From Bryobacteraceae bacterium (lineage in GTDB: Bacteria > Acidobacteriota > Terriglobia > Bryobacterales > Bryobacteraceae): a stretch of DNA of 64,000 nt. The stretch lies in assembly GCA_036406715.1 (NCBI GenBank), contig DASXAK010000024.1, positions 1,617 to 65,616 of the forward strand. Reading direction: 5' to 3'. Each line of letters opens with the position of its first letter. Position 1 is the first letter of the stretch. The position numbers and the translations under genes were made by a program. Below the pieces are notes generated by a model. It searched no databases. It was given only the letters and a program-made list of their open reading frames with translations, and had not been told where the DNA came from. Below, piece by piece: positions 8,857-18,140 of the stretch.

Positions 8857-9876
8857 ATGGACGTATTCGCACTCACGCGCGCGCTGATTGATATCGAATC
8901 GATCACCGGCAACGAAGAAGCCGTCGGCAACTATCTATACGACCGGCTGTCGGCCATCGCCGGTCGTTTTGGCGGGCGCTTGGAGCGCATGGACGTCGAA
9001 CCACGCCGGTTCAACGTATTCGCACAATGGGGCGAGAAACTGGCCGTGACGCTCTCGACCCACATGGACACGGTGCCGCCGTTTGTCCCGTCTCGCGAGG
9101 ACGCCGATCACGTCTGGGGCCGCGGCGCCTGCGACACCAAGGGAATCATCGCCTGCATGATCAAGGCTACCGAATCGCTGCTCGAAGCGGGTCAGCGCGA
9201 TTTCGGTCTGCTTTTCGTTGTCGGCGAAGAGCGCAACAGCGCGGGCGCGTATCGCGCGGCTCAGGAGTCGCGCGGGTCGCGGTTTATTATCAACGGCGAG
9301 CCGACCGAGAACAAGTTGGCGCTTGGCTCCAAAGGAGCGCTGCGATATGAAGTGGCCGCCCGGGGCAAAATGGCCCATTCCGCTTATCCCGAGTTGGGCG
9401 ATTCTGCGATTCACAAGCTGGTGGATGCGCTCGGCGAGATCCGCAAGATTCCGCTGCCCGTCGATGAAGTATTGGGCGCCAGCACCTTGAACATCGGAAC
9501 GATCAGCGGCGGGCGCGCGCCGAACGTCATCGCCGACGAAGCGCGCGCCGAAATCTTCGTGCGGCTGGTGAGCGATTCAAGCGAAACGCGCGAGGCGCTG
9601 GCGAGAGCCGTGGCGGGCCGCGCGGAACTGCGCGAGGTTCTCGAAATTCCGCCGGTGCGGTTGGGGTCGCTCGACGGCATCGAAACCACGGTGGTGGCGT
9701 ACACCACCGATATTCCCGCATTCTCCGGCCGGTGGGGCGAACCGTACCTGATTGGGCCAGGTACGATCCACGTCGCGCACACGCTCGATGAGCGCGTGCC
9801 GAAAAAAGAACTGGAGAATGCAGTCCAACTCTATCAACAAATGGTCAGACAACTATGCAAACGCGCATCGAAGTAG
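8857..9876 (+). CDS. M20-family metallohydrolase (ArgE/DapE family), probably succinyl-diaminopimelate desuccinylase by context
   Basis: LIDIESITGNE, HMDTVP, GACDTKG and GEE motifs. Start set to ATG 8857; ATG 8794 is an in-frame alternative. The track start at 8626 lies inside the riboswitch. Confidence 0.75.
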   Translation: MDVFALTRALIDIESITGNEEAVGNYLYDRLSAIAGRFGGRLERMDVEPRRFNVFAQWGEKLAVTLSTHMDTVPPFVPSREDADHVWGRGACDTKGIIACMIKATESLLEAGQRDFGLLFVVGEERNSAGAYRAAQESRGSRFIINGEPTENKLALGSKGALRYEVAARGKMAHSAYPELGDSAIHKLVDALGEIRKIPLPVDEVLGASTLNIGTISGGRAPNVIADEARAEIFVRLVSDSSETREALARAVAGRAELREVLEIPPVRLGSLDGIETTVVAYTTDIPAFSGRWGEPYLIGPGTIHVAHTLDERVPKKELENAVQLYQQMVRQLCKRASK

Positions 9877-10904
9877 GCATTTTGGGCGCCACCGGCATGG
9901 TGGGCCAGCATTTCGTCAAATTTCTCGAAGGCCATCCGTGGTTCGAACTCAAGTGGCTGGGGGCCAGCGACCGGTCGGCGGGAAAGAAGTACCGCGAGGC
10001 GATGACATGGCATCTGGCCGGAACGACGCCTGCCTCCATCGCCGACATTACGGTGGAAGACTGTAAGCCGGGTAACGCGCCGAGGCTTCTGTTTTCTGCG
10101 ATGGATGCATCGGTAGCTACTGAGATCGAGCAGGCTTTCGCCAAGGCCGGCCACATCGTGGTGTCGAATTCGAAGAACCACCGCATGGAGCGCGACGTGC
10201 CGCTCCTCGTGCCAGAGATCAATCCCGACCACTTGAAATTAGTTCCCGGGCAGCAGCGGGCGCGCGGGTGGAAAGGGCAGATCGTGACGAATCCGAACTG
10301 CTCGACAATCGCGTTGACCATGGGGCTTGCGCCGCTGAAGCATTTCGGTATTACGAAAGTGATCGCGACTACGCTGCAGGCGATTTCGGGCGCCGGCTAT
10401 CCGGGCGTCGCATCGATGGACATCGTGGGTAATGTCATCCCGCACATCGGCGGCGAGGAAGAGAAGATGCAGCAGGAGACGCAAAAGATCCTGGGCGAAT
10501 TTCGCGGCGATCACATCGAGCCGCTCGCGGCGCGAGTTAGCGCTCACTGCAACCGGGTGGCGGTGGTCGACGGGCACACGGTGACGGTGTCGGTCGAGCT
10601 GTCGGCCAAGCCGGCGATGACTGAACTTCACGCGGCTTACGACGGCTACACCAGCGTGCCGCAGCAGCGGAAGCTGCCCAGCGCGCCGCCGCGTCCGGTG
10701 ATTTACATGCACGAAGGCAACCGCCCGCAGCCGCGCAAAGACGCCGAGCGCGAGCGCGGCATGGCGGCGTTCGTAGGCCGGCTGCGGCCGTGCCCGGTGC
10801 TGGATTATAAGTTCGTCGTGCTGGCGCACAACACGATTCGCGGGGCAGCCGGAATCGCCGTATTGAACGCAGAACTGATGCATTCGGAAGGGATGCTGGA
10901 CTAG
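9855..10904 (+). CDS. asd: Aspartate-semialdehyde dehydrogenase
   Basis: GILGATGMVGQ Rossmann motif and NPNCSTI active-site Cys. Confidence 0.9.
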   Translation: MQTRIEVGILGATGMVGQHFVKFLEGHPWFELKWLGASDRSAGKKYREAMTWHLAGTTPASIADITVEDCKPGNAPRLLFSAMDASVATEIEQAFAKAGHIVVSNSKNHRMERDVPLLVPEINPDHLKLVPGQQRARGWKGQIVTNPNCSTIALTMGLAPLKHFGITKVIATTLQAISGAGYPGVASMDIVGNVIPHIGGEEEKMQQETQKILGEFRGDHIEPLAARVSAHCNRVAVVDGHTVTVSVELSAKPAMTELHAAYDGYTSVPQQRKLPSAPPRPVIYMHEGNRPQPRKDAERERGMAAFVGRLRPCPVLDYKFVVLAHNTIRGAAGIAVLNAELMHSEGMLD

Positions 10905-10956
10905 TGCGGCGTCTAATCCGTGGCAGCGCCACTCGCGTGGAAGGAATGCAAAACGA

Positions 10957-12348
10957 ATGATCGTCATGAAATTCGGCGGCTCGTCGGTGGAATCGGCCGC
11001 CGCTATCGAGCGCGTCGCCGGGATTGTCAAAGCGCGCGAGGCGCAACGCCCCGTGGTGGTGGTCTCGGCAATGGGCAAGACCACCAACAAGCTCCTGGCT
11101 ATCGCGTCCGCGGCGCTCGCCGGTAATCGCGCGGAGTACATCCGGCAGTTGCACGACCTGCGGGATTTTCATTCGCGCGAGGCGCGTCAGGTGACGCCGC
11201 TCGATCACCGGGCTGAGCTCGACCGCACGCTCGACGATCATTTTCAAGAGCTGACGGAATTGGTGAAGGGGCTGGCGGTACTGGGCGAGCTGACGCCTCG
11301 TTCGATCGACGCCATATCGAGCTATGGCGAGCGGCTCTCGAGCTACATCGTCACGCTCGCGTTTCGCCATTTCGGCATGGCGACCGAGCACCTGGATTCG
11401 CGACGTGTGATCGTCACGGACAAACGCCACACCCAGGCCGCTCCCAATTACACGGAAACCTATGCGCGGCTCGCCAATACTCTGCGGCCTCTTGCCGAGA
11501 ACCGCGTCGTGGTGATGGGCGGGTTTATCGGCTCCACGGAGGAAGGAGTCACTACGACGCTCGGCCGCGGCGGCTCCGATTTCACCGCGTCACTCGTCGG
11601 CGCAGGAATCGGCGCTGACGAGATTCAAATCTGGACTGATGTTGACGGCATGCTCACGGCAGACCCGACGATTCTGCCTGGCGGGCATCGCGTGAAGACC
11701 ATCTCGTTCGCCGAGGCGGCCGAACTCGCGTACTTCGGCGCCAAGGTATTGCACCCTGCCACGGTGCTGCCGGCCGTCGAGAAGAACATTCCGGTCCTGA
11801 TCCTGAACTCGCGGCGGGCCGATGTGCCGGGGACGCGCATCGTGGCCGAGAATGTGCCATGCGGAAACGTCGTAAAGTCGATTGCCTGCAAGCGCCGGAT
11901 CGCTCTGCTCAACATCCACTCGACGCGCATGCTCATGGCCCACGGGTTCCTGCGGCGCATTTTCGAAGTATTTGACCGCTTTGAAACACCGGTCGATATG
12001 GTGGCCACCTCAGAGGTGAGCGTTTCGCTCACGATCGACAACCTGCAGCGGCTCGACGAAATTGCCGCCGAGTTGAGGCAGTTTGCCGAAATCGATACCG
12101 AGAAAGACCAGGTGATCGTCTGCCTGGTGGGAGAAAACATCCGCTACACGCCCGGTGTGGCGCGCCGCGTTTTCGGCGCGCTCGACGGCATCAACATCCG
12201 GATGATCTCGCAGGGCGCTTCGCTGCTCAATCTCAGCTTTGTCGTGGCCGAGGCCGACCTAGTGCGCACCGTGCAGGCGCTCCACGAGGAGTTCTTTGCC
12301 GAACTCGACCCCGCTGTCTTCGAGCGCAGCGAGGCCGTGCATGCCTAA
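10957..12348 (+). CDS. lysC: Aspartate kinase
   Basis: MKFGGSSV start, GRGGSDFTA, C-terminal ACT-like region. Confidence 0.9.
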   Translation: MIVMKFGGSSVESAAAIERVAGIVKAREAQRPVVVVSAMGKTTNKLLAIASAALAGNRAEYIRQLHDLRDFHSREARQVTPLDHRAELDRTLDDHFQELTELVKGLAVLGELTPRSIDAISSYGERLSSYIVTLAFRHFGMATEHLDSRRVIVTDKRHTQAAPNYTETYARLANTLRPLAENRVVVMGGFIGSTEEGVTTTLGRGGSDFTASLVGAGIGADEIQIWTDVDGMLTADPTILPGGHRVKTISFAEAAELAYFGAKVLHPATVLPAVEKNIPVLILNSRRADVPGTRIVAENVPCGNVVKSIACKRRIALLNIHSTRMLMAHGFLRRIFEVFDRFETPVDMVATSEVSVSLTIDNLQRLDEIAAELRQFAEIDTEKDQVIVCLVGENIRYTPGVARRVFGALDGINIRMISQGASLLNLSFVVAEADLVRTVQALHEEFFAELDPAVFERSEAVHA

Positions 12349-13054
12349 TCTTGCAATCGTCGGCTACGGCAAGATGGGCAAACTCATCGAGCAGCTCGCC
12401 TCCGAGTACGGTTTCGCGGTGACCCTCAAGCTCGACGAATTCAACAACTCCAATGGCGAGGGCGTGACGCGCGAGAACTTCGAGAGCGTGGATGTCGCGG
12501 TGGATTTTTCGATTCCGTCGGCGGTTTGCGGCAACGTCGAAGCCATCGCCAAGCTCGGCGTGAACCTCGTGATCGGCACGACTGGTTGGACCGGCCAGAT
12601 GGACGGCGTGAAGAGCGTGGTGGTGCAGAATGGCATCGGCCTGGTGTGGAGTCCGAACTACTCGGTGGGCGTCAACGCCTTCTTCCGCCTGGTTTCCGAA
12701 GCTGCCCGTCTTTTGGCGGCGCAGCCCGAATACGGCGCCTGGGCGTGGGAGATTCACCATTCCACCAAAAAGGATGCGCCGTCGGGTACACTACTGAAGC
12801 TGGTGGAAGATATGAAGAAGGCGGGGTATGCGCGATCGATCGATGTCAGCGCCAGCCGCGCGGGAACGGTTCCCGGAACGCACGAGATTGGGTTCGATTC
12901 CGGCGCCGACACGATCACGCTGCGCCACACGGCGCGAAGCCGGGAAGGATTCGCACGCGGCGCCTTGCAAGCAGCACGCTGGGTGATCGGCAAGAAGGGG
13001 TTTTACGAGTTCGGAGAGATCGTATTTGGTAGAGCCGCCGATGAACGCCGATAA
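12341..13054 (+). CDS. dapB: 4-hydroxy-tetrahydrodipicolinate reductase
   Basis: IVGYGKMGK and EIHHSTKKDAPSGT motifs. ATG 12341 overlaps the lysC stop (ATGCCTAA). Confidence 0.85.
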   Translation: MPNLAIVGYGKMGKLIEQLASEYGFAVTLKLDEFNNSNGEGVTRENFESVDVAVDFSIPSAVCGNVEAIAKLGVNLVIGTTGWTGQMDGVKSVVVQNGIGLVWSPNYSVGVNAFFRLVSEAARLLAAQPEYGAWAWEIHHSTKKDAPSGTLLKLVEDMKKAGYARSIDVSASRAGTVPGTHEIGFDSGADTITLRHTARSREGFARGALQAARWVIGKKGFYEFGEIVFGRAADERR

Positions 13055-13115
13055 AGAATGGTTTCTCAGTGCTCATCGGTATTCATCGGCGGCCAGTAAT
13101 TAGGAGGAGGGGGAC

Positions 13116-14012
13116 ATGTTTACAGGATGCGGCACGGCGCTGGTGACTCCGTTCCGGCGCGACCTTTCGCTCGATGAGGTGACGCTGCGAAAGCTGGTCC
13201 AGCGCCAGATTCAGGCCGGCATCAATTTTTTGGTGCCCTGCGGCACCACCGGCGAAAGCCCGACGCTCACGCGCGCCGAGCACCTGCGTGTAGTCGAGAT
13301 CACTCTCGAAGAGGCCAAGGGCAAGGTCCCGGTGCTGGCCGGCGCCGGTGGGTACAACACGCAGGAAGTCATCGAGCTCGCCCGCGAGCTCGAGCACAGG
13401 GGCGCCGACGGCATCCTCTCGGTCACTCCTTACTACAACAAGCCCACACCGGAAGGCCTGTTCCAGCACTACCAGGCGATCGCCAAGGCGGTGCGCCTCC
13501 CCATCGTGGTCTACAGCATTCAGGGACGCACTGGCATCAATGTCGAGCCGGCCACGGTGGCTCGCCTGGCGCAGATCGAAAACATTATTGGCGTGAAAGA
13601 AGCCTCGGGCAACATGGCGCAGATGGCCAACGTGGTGCACGAAACGCCGCCCGGCTTTCTCGTTCTTTGCGGGGATGACTCGATCGCGCTGCCGCTGATC
13701 GCACTCGGCGGTCGCGGCCTCATCTCGGTGGTGTCGAACCAGATCCCAGGCGAGATGACGCAGCTCATTCAGGCCTGCCTCAAGAACGACTTCGACACCG
13801 CGCGCCAACTCCAGCGGCGCTACCTGCCGTTGATGAACATCAACTTCGTAGAATCGAATCCCGGCCCCGTGAAGGCCGCCATGGGGCTGATGGGGCTGCT
13901 CGATCCGGTTTACCGGCTGCCGATGTGTCCGCCCTCGTCGGCCAACCTATCTCGCATCGAAAAAATTCTGGACTCGGTCGGGCTGCTCGGGAAGGTGCGC
14001 GTTGCAGGCTGA
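13116..14012 (+). CDS. dapA: 4-hydroxy-tetrahydrodipicolinate synthase
   Basis: GTTGESPTLT, VTPYYNKP and IIGVKEASG motifs. AGGAGGAGG SD upstream. Confidence 0.9.
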   Translation: MFTGCGTALVTPFRRDLSLDEVTLRKLVQRQIQAGINFLVPCGTTGESPTLTRAEHLRVVEITLEEAKGKVPVLAGAGGYNTQEVIELARELEHRGADGILSVTPYYNKPTPEGLFQHYQAIAKAVRLPIVVYSIQGRTGINVEPATVARLAQIENIIGVKEASGNMAQMANVVHETPPGFLVLCGDDSIALPLIALGGRGLISVVSNQIPGEMTQLIQACLKNDFDTARQLQRRYLPLMNINFVESNPGPVKAAMGLMGLLDPVYRLPMCPPSSANLSRIEKILDSVGLLGKVRVAG

Positions 14013-14838
14013 CATCGAACGATTGTTTGACGCGAATCCGGCAACGTATACGGGCGCCGATTTCCAACTGTTCGCTGATTTCAAAACCGCTCTCAACGAG
14101 GGCCGTGTGCGGGCCGCCGAGCCCTGTCCTTCGGAACGCACCGGCTGGCGCGTCAATACGTGGGTCAAAAAAGGGCTGCTGCTCGGCTTTCGGATTGGAC
14201 AGATTGTGGATATGTCGGTCGATCCGGAACGTCAGCCCTTCCTGGACAAATCGACTTATCCGGTCAAGCGTGTGGGCGCGCAGGATGGCGTGCGCATCGT
14301 TCCCGGCGGCTCCAGCATTCGCGACACCGCGTTTGTCGGCCGCGGCGTCATTTGCATGCCGCCCATGTACATCAACCTCGGCGCTTATGTGGACGATGGC
14401 ACGATGGTCGACTCAAACGCGCTGGTAGGCAGTTGCGCCCAGATCGGAAAGAACTGCCACATCTCGGCGGCCAGCCAGATTGGCGGCGTGATCGAGCCGG
14501 TAGGCGCGATGCCGGTGATTGTCGAAGACAATGTGCTGGTGGGCGGCAATTGCGGAATCTACGAAGGCACCATCGTGAAACGCCGCGCTGTGCTCGGCAC
14601 GGGAACGATTCTCAATCGCTCCACGCCGGTTTATGATCTGGTTCGCAACACTGTTCACAAAGCGACGGATGACGATCCGCTGGTGATCCCCGAAGACGCG
14701 GTGGTGATCGCCGGGTCGCGCGCCATCACGCACGGACCGGGCAAGGACTGGGGGATTTCGATCTACACTCCGATCATCGTAAAATACCGGGACAGCAAAA
14801 CCGAGGCCAAGCTTCAGCTCGAAGATTTGCTCAGATAG
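14002..14838 (+). CDS. dapD: 2,3,4,5-tetrahydropyridine-2,6-dicarboxylate N-succinyltransferase
   Basis: N-terminus resembles E. coli DapD (RVAE...W..W.KK..LL.FR), followed by hexapeptide repeats. TTG start overlaps the dapA end. Confidence 0.8.
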   Translation: MQADIERLFDANPATYTGADFQLFADFKTALNEGRVRAAEPCPSERTGWRVNTWVKKGLLLGFRIGQIVDMSVDPERQPFLDKSTYPVKRVGAQDGVRIVPGGSSIRDTAFVGRGVICMPPMYINLGAYVDDGTMVDSNALVGSCAQIGKNCHISAASQIGGVIEPVGAMPVIVEDNVLVGGNCGIYEGTIVKRRAVLGTGTILNRSTPVYDLVRNTVHKATDDDPLVIPEDAVVIAGSRAITHGPGKDWGISIYTPIIVKYRDSKTEAKLQLEDLLR

Positions 14839-14840
14839 CA

Positions 14841-15209
14841 ATGTCGCACGTTCTGCTCGCCGACGACGATCCCACGCAGTTGGAGCTGTGCGCGCGCCTG
14901 CTGGAAACAGGCGGCCACCAGGTGTTGGTCGGGTATTGCGTGGAAGAAGCGCTCCGGCTGGTTCCCTCTGCGGACGTCGTGGTGATGGACCTGCGGTTTC
15001 GAAATGCTGACGGTTATCCCGACGCGCAGGAAGGCCTCTCCTTGATTCGCCGCATCCGCGATTCGGGTTGCCGGGCGCCGCTGATCGTGATGTCCGGCTG
15101 GCCTGAGGAATTGCACGGGAGCCCGGAGCAGAGCATGGTCGCGCGCGTCATGGTCAAACCGGTTCGGATTACCGCACTGCTGGCCGCCATCCGCGACCTG
15201 GTCAGCTGA
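14841..15209 (+). CDS. Stand-alone response-regulator receiver domain (CheY-like)
   Basis: LLADDD acidic pocket, VVVMDL phospho-acceptor Asp, MVKP Lys. Starts 3 nt after the dapD stop. Confidence 0.8.
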   Translation: MSHVLLADDDPTQLELCARLLETGGHQVLVGYCVEEALRLVPSADVVVMDLRFRNADGYPDAQEGLSLIRRIRDSGCRAPLIVMSGWPEELHGSPEQSMVARVMVKPVRITALLAAIRDLVS

Positions 15210-15245
15210 CGTGGCGTCGGCTTCCAGAGGCTGCGGAAAAAGGAC

Positions 15246-15263
15246 TGGCAGGACTGCCCCACC
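15246..15263 (-). repeat. Degenerate REP-like hairpin (GGTGGGGCAG-TC-CTGCCA on the minus strand)
   Basis: Shares the GGTGGGGCAG...CTGCC core with the copies at 61890-61960. Lies between convergent genes. Confidence 0.35.
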
Positions 15264-15278
15264 AAGCTCTGCGGCCGG

Positions 15279-16118
15279 CTATTCTCTTGAACCAGGATCT
15301 CGCGAGACGCCGGCGCGGTCGAAATGAAGCCGCAGCATTTCATTCACGCGCTCAGGCATCTGAATCGTGACGCCGTGAGACGCGTTTGGTACTTCTACAA
15401 AGCGAGATTTCGGAATCAGCCGGCTCAACTCGCGACCATATTTGGGCAGGGCAATCGGATCATGTTCAGCGCTTGCCACAAGTGACGGAATAGCGGCAAG
15501 CTCGGCGAACCGTTGCGAGCTGTCATATCGTTTCATAGCCGCGAGTTGCTTCATCAGAATTGGCGGGTTGCTGGCAAGGTCCCTTCCAATGACACTCCCC
15601 ACGCGACGAGCTAAATCTTCGGCGCCTTCCCGCTTTACAAAATCGTCTGGGAATAGCATTTTCAAGAATGCCCGCCGCCGCATCGCGGCAGTTCCAACGT
15701 ACGTTCGGAGCCCGAGCCACAGAGTTTGTGGCGTGATGCGCGCCGCCTCCGGTCCTTTGGTGAATGTGCATAGAAGCGCCAGACTTCGTATCCGTTTCGG
15801 AATGTCGAGCGCGAGTTGTTGAGCAATCAGCCCACCCATTGAGTGACCGACTAGATGAGCCGACTCCCATCCGAGGGCGTCCATCAACGCTCTGGCGTCC
15901 TCCGCCATCTGTTCGATTGACAATGCCTGTTCGCGAATCGTGCTTTTTCCAATCCCGCGGTTGTCGAACGAAAGACACCGGAAGTCTTTTGAGAGCGGTG
16001 CAACTTGAGGCGCCCAGCCGCTGCCCGCAACGCCTGAGCCTTGAATCAGGACGACCGATGGACCGCTTCCCGTCGTCTCGTAATGGAGGTCAGCTCCGTC
16101 CACTCTTAGTGTTGGCAT
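15279..16118 (-). CDS. Alpha/beta-fold hydrolase
   Basis: GHSMGG nucleophile elbow and the HYETTGSGPSVVLIQG start region. Start trimmed to ATG 16118 (MPTLRVDG...). Confidence 0.8.
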   Translation of the reverse strand: MPTLRVDGADLHYETTGSGPSVVLIQGSGVAGSGWAPQVAPLSKDFRCLSFDNRGIGKSTIREQALSIEQMAEDARALMDALGWESAHLVGHSMGGLIAQQLALDIPKRIRSLALLCTFTKGPEAARITPQTLWLGLRTYVGTAAMRRRAFLKMLFPDDFVKREGAEDLARRVGSVIGRDLASNPPILMKQLAAMKRYDSSQRFAELAAIPSLVASAEHDPIALPKYGRELSRLIPKSRFVEVPNASHGVTIQMPERVNEMLRLHFDRAGVSRDPGSRE

Positions 16119-16257
16119 ACGGCTACTCCGGGACTGCCGGACCGGAATCTCTATCTTACGAACAGAAGATTGGCTTGATGCACATCCGCCGCATCCTGGA
16201 TACGGCACTGCTGGCCGTCATCCGCGAACGGGTCACCTGAGGTTTCCAACCTGCACC

Positions 16258-16836
16258 CTACTTCATCCCCCTCGCCTTTTCAAAATCGGCTTTGAGCCGG
16301 GCCGCGATCTTCTCAGCCACGTCCGCGCTCGCGCCGCGGAATTTCGCGCCCAGGCTCTCCTGCGTGGTCGACCAGATGACGTCGCCCTCCTTGCTCACCA
16401 GCCGTACCGAGGCGATCGCCTCGTGGCGCCGCTCGGCCGAGTGCTCGGACTCGTTCTGGCCGGCGCCCACGCCCCCATACGAACCACGCGAAGTGGAGTT
16501 CGCCCGTCCGCTACCGAACGTAGCGTGCGCGTCCAGGCTGTCGGAAGAAGTGTGGACGTCGGTGAAGATCAGGTCTTCGGCCCCGCCCCGCAGCACGGCG
16601 TCGGCTCGCTCCTGGTTTTCCGTCAGCACGAAGAGCTTGGCGGCCTCCAGACTGCTGATCAGAATATCCCGCATCTGGGCCGCCGTCTCGCCGCCTGTGA
16701 GGCGGTCTACGTACACACGCCGTACCTGCCGCAACTGCCGCAGCGCCGATTCCTCCAGCGCTGCCGGACTCGGCGGCTCTTCGGCTGCCGCGCCCGCAGC
16801 CAGCAGACACACCGTAATCGGCCACAGCCCCGTCAT
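16258..16836 (-). CDS. Secreted hypothetical protein
   Basis: Signal-peptide-like N-terminus. ATG directly abuts the upstream stop (TAGATG). No recognisable family. Confidence 0.6.
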   Translation of the reverse strand: MTGLWPITVCLLAAGAAAEEPPSPAALEESALRQLRQVRRVYVDRLTGGETAAQMRDILISSLEAAKLFVLTENQERADAVLRGGAEDLIFTDVHTSSDSLDAHATFGSGRANSTSRGSYGGVGAGQNESEHSAERRHEAIASVRLVSKEGDVIWSTTQESLGAKFRGASADVAEKIAARLKADFEKARGMK

Positions 16837-17280
16837 CTAGCGGCCCGCCTTTCGCGCTTCCGCGTCCTGATACTCGATGCGGCGGCCGCTGCGCGCCTCC
16901 AGGCTTGCCAGCACGGAGCGGATATCGCCTTTGCTGACCCGCAGCACGATGGCCTGCTGCTGGTCCGAATCGTCGAGATACCCTATTGTGACAAAGTGTT
17001 TACGCGATTTCGCCAGCAGCAGCACCGGAGAGATCAGAATTGCTTCCGCATATCGGCGGCTGACATTTTGACCGTATTCGAGCGTGTTGATCCTGCGGTA
17101 GGGGATCCGCATCTCGGTTTGCGAACTGCGCAAAAGCAGCGCCTCGCTGCCGCCGAAATCGAGGTATGTCTGGGATCTGGCCGAAATCTTAGGAATCGTT
17201 CCCCCGACGAATTGCGCCTGGTACTCCGCCGGGCCGGCCAGCGCGGCGGCGCCCCATACGAGCACACATATCCACTTCAT
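16837..17280 (-). CDS. Secreted hypothetical protein
   Basis: Signal peptide MKWICVLVWGAAALAGPA. Coupled to the following ORF. Confidence 0.6.
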   Translation of the reverse strand: MKWICVLVWGAAALAGPAEYQAQFVGGTIPKISARSQTYLDFGGSEALLLRSSQTEMRIPYRRINTLEYGQNVSRRYAEAILISPVLLLAKSRKHFVTIGYLDDSDQQQAIVLRVSKGDIRSVLASLEARSGRRIEYQDAEARKAGR

Positions 17281-17369
17281 GGGTGTCGAAGCGGTAGTGC
17301 GGGCGCCCGGGGGGAATTCTCAGAAATTAACAGCTCGAATCGCGTGAAGCCGTCCGCCAGCCCGCTAAA

Positions 17370-17933
17370 ATGGTGCGTATGACTTATTACGGAGCGAAAG
17401 AGATCGCGGCCAGCTTCCGCACGGTGCGCAAAAATACGCTGACTATCGCGGAAGAGATTCCCGAAGACAAGTACGGGTTCAAGCCGGCGCCCGACACGCG
17501 TACCGTGGAGCAAACGCTGATCCATGTTGCCAATATTCCGAGATTTCAACTGATCTTACATCGCGACCAGAAGCTGAAGACACTTGCCGGGTTCGATTTT
17601 CAGAGCGTCTTCGGCGCCACGATGGCAGAGGAACAGAAGCCCGCCTCCAAATCCGAAATCATCCGCCGGCTGCGCGACGGCGGTGACGAGTTCGCCAGTT
17701 GGGTGGAGAGCGTTTCGGATGACTTCCTGGGCGAGGTTGTGACTATGCCTCCCGGCGGCCAGCCTCCTTCCCGCACCCGATTCGATATGCTCATCAGCGT
17801 CAAAGAGCACGAGATGCACCACCGCGGCCAGCTCATGCTCATCGAGCGGGTGCTCGGCATCGTGCCCCACCTGACGCGGGAAATGCAGGCCCGCATGGCT
17901 CAAATGCAGGCGCAGGCCCCGGCTGGCAGATAG
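17370..17933 (+). CDS. DinB-family protein
   Basis: H..(HVAN)...HEMHHRGQL metal-triad pattern of the DinB four-helix bundle. Confidence 0.8.
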   Translation: MVRMTYYGAKEIAASFRTVRKNTLTIAEEIPEDKYGFKPAPDTRTVEQTLIHVANIPRFQLILHRDQKLKTLAGFDFQSVFGATMAEEQKPASKSEIIRRLRDGGDEFASWVESVSDDFLGEVVTMPPGGQPPSRTRFDMLISVKEHEMHHRGQLMLIERVLGIVPHLTREMQARMAQMQAQAPAGR

Positions 17934-17940
17934 GATCGGT

Positions 17941-17965
17941 TGGCAGGCCGGAGGCCTGGCCACTT
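17941..17965 (-). repeat. REP-like hairpin (AAGTGGCCAGGCCTCCGGCCTGCC on the minus strand)
   Basis: Nearly identical to AAGTGGGGCAGGCCTCCGGCCTGCC at 61890-61914. Immediately follows the TAA of the ybdD-like gene, between convergent genes. Confidence 0.6.
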
Positions 17966-18140
17966 AGCAGCACTTGGCGCGCGTATACTTGGCCTGCAGA
18001 TGGTGCTCGGAGAAATGGCGCCATTCCTCGGGCGAGTGTGCGCGTCCATGCGCTGCCAGATGCCGCTGATACGCGTTCTCGTCCGAAAGCTCGCGCAGTA
18101 GCGCCATCACAGCCTCCGCGACACGGCGCAGCGTCGTCAT
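17964..18140 (-). CDS. YbdD/YjiX-family (DUF466) small protein, CstA-associated; below the ORF-track cutoff
   Basis: ATG overlaps the cstA stop (GTATGA). The 58-aa peptide MTTLRRVAEAVMALLRELSDENAYQRHLAAHGRAHSPEEWRHFSEHHLQAKYTRAKCC ends in CC, as this family does. Confidence 0.8.
   Translation of the reverse strand: MTTLRRVAEAVMALLRELSDENAYQRHLAAHGRAHSPEEWRHFSEHHLQAKYTRAKCC

Noticed and set aside
8562-8930. N-terminal extensions of track ORFs 7734-8930 (minus) and 8626-9876 (plus)
   Set aside because: The two extensions overlap each other and cover a complete L-box riboswitch. Both proteins reach normal family length from internal ATGs (8561 and 8857).
9930-9960. tRNA-like GGTTCGAA strings (here and at about 12890)
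   Set aside because: They lie inside well-supported CDS (asd, dapB). No acceptor or anticodon stems can be drawn around them.
10239-11430. 300-aa and 297-aa minus-strand ORFs across asd and lysC
   Set aside because: Antisense to two unambiguous biosynthetic genes, with no motifs.
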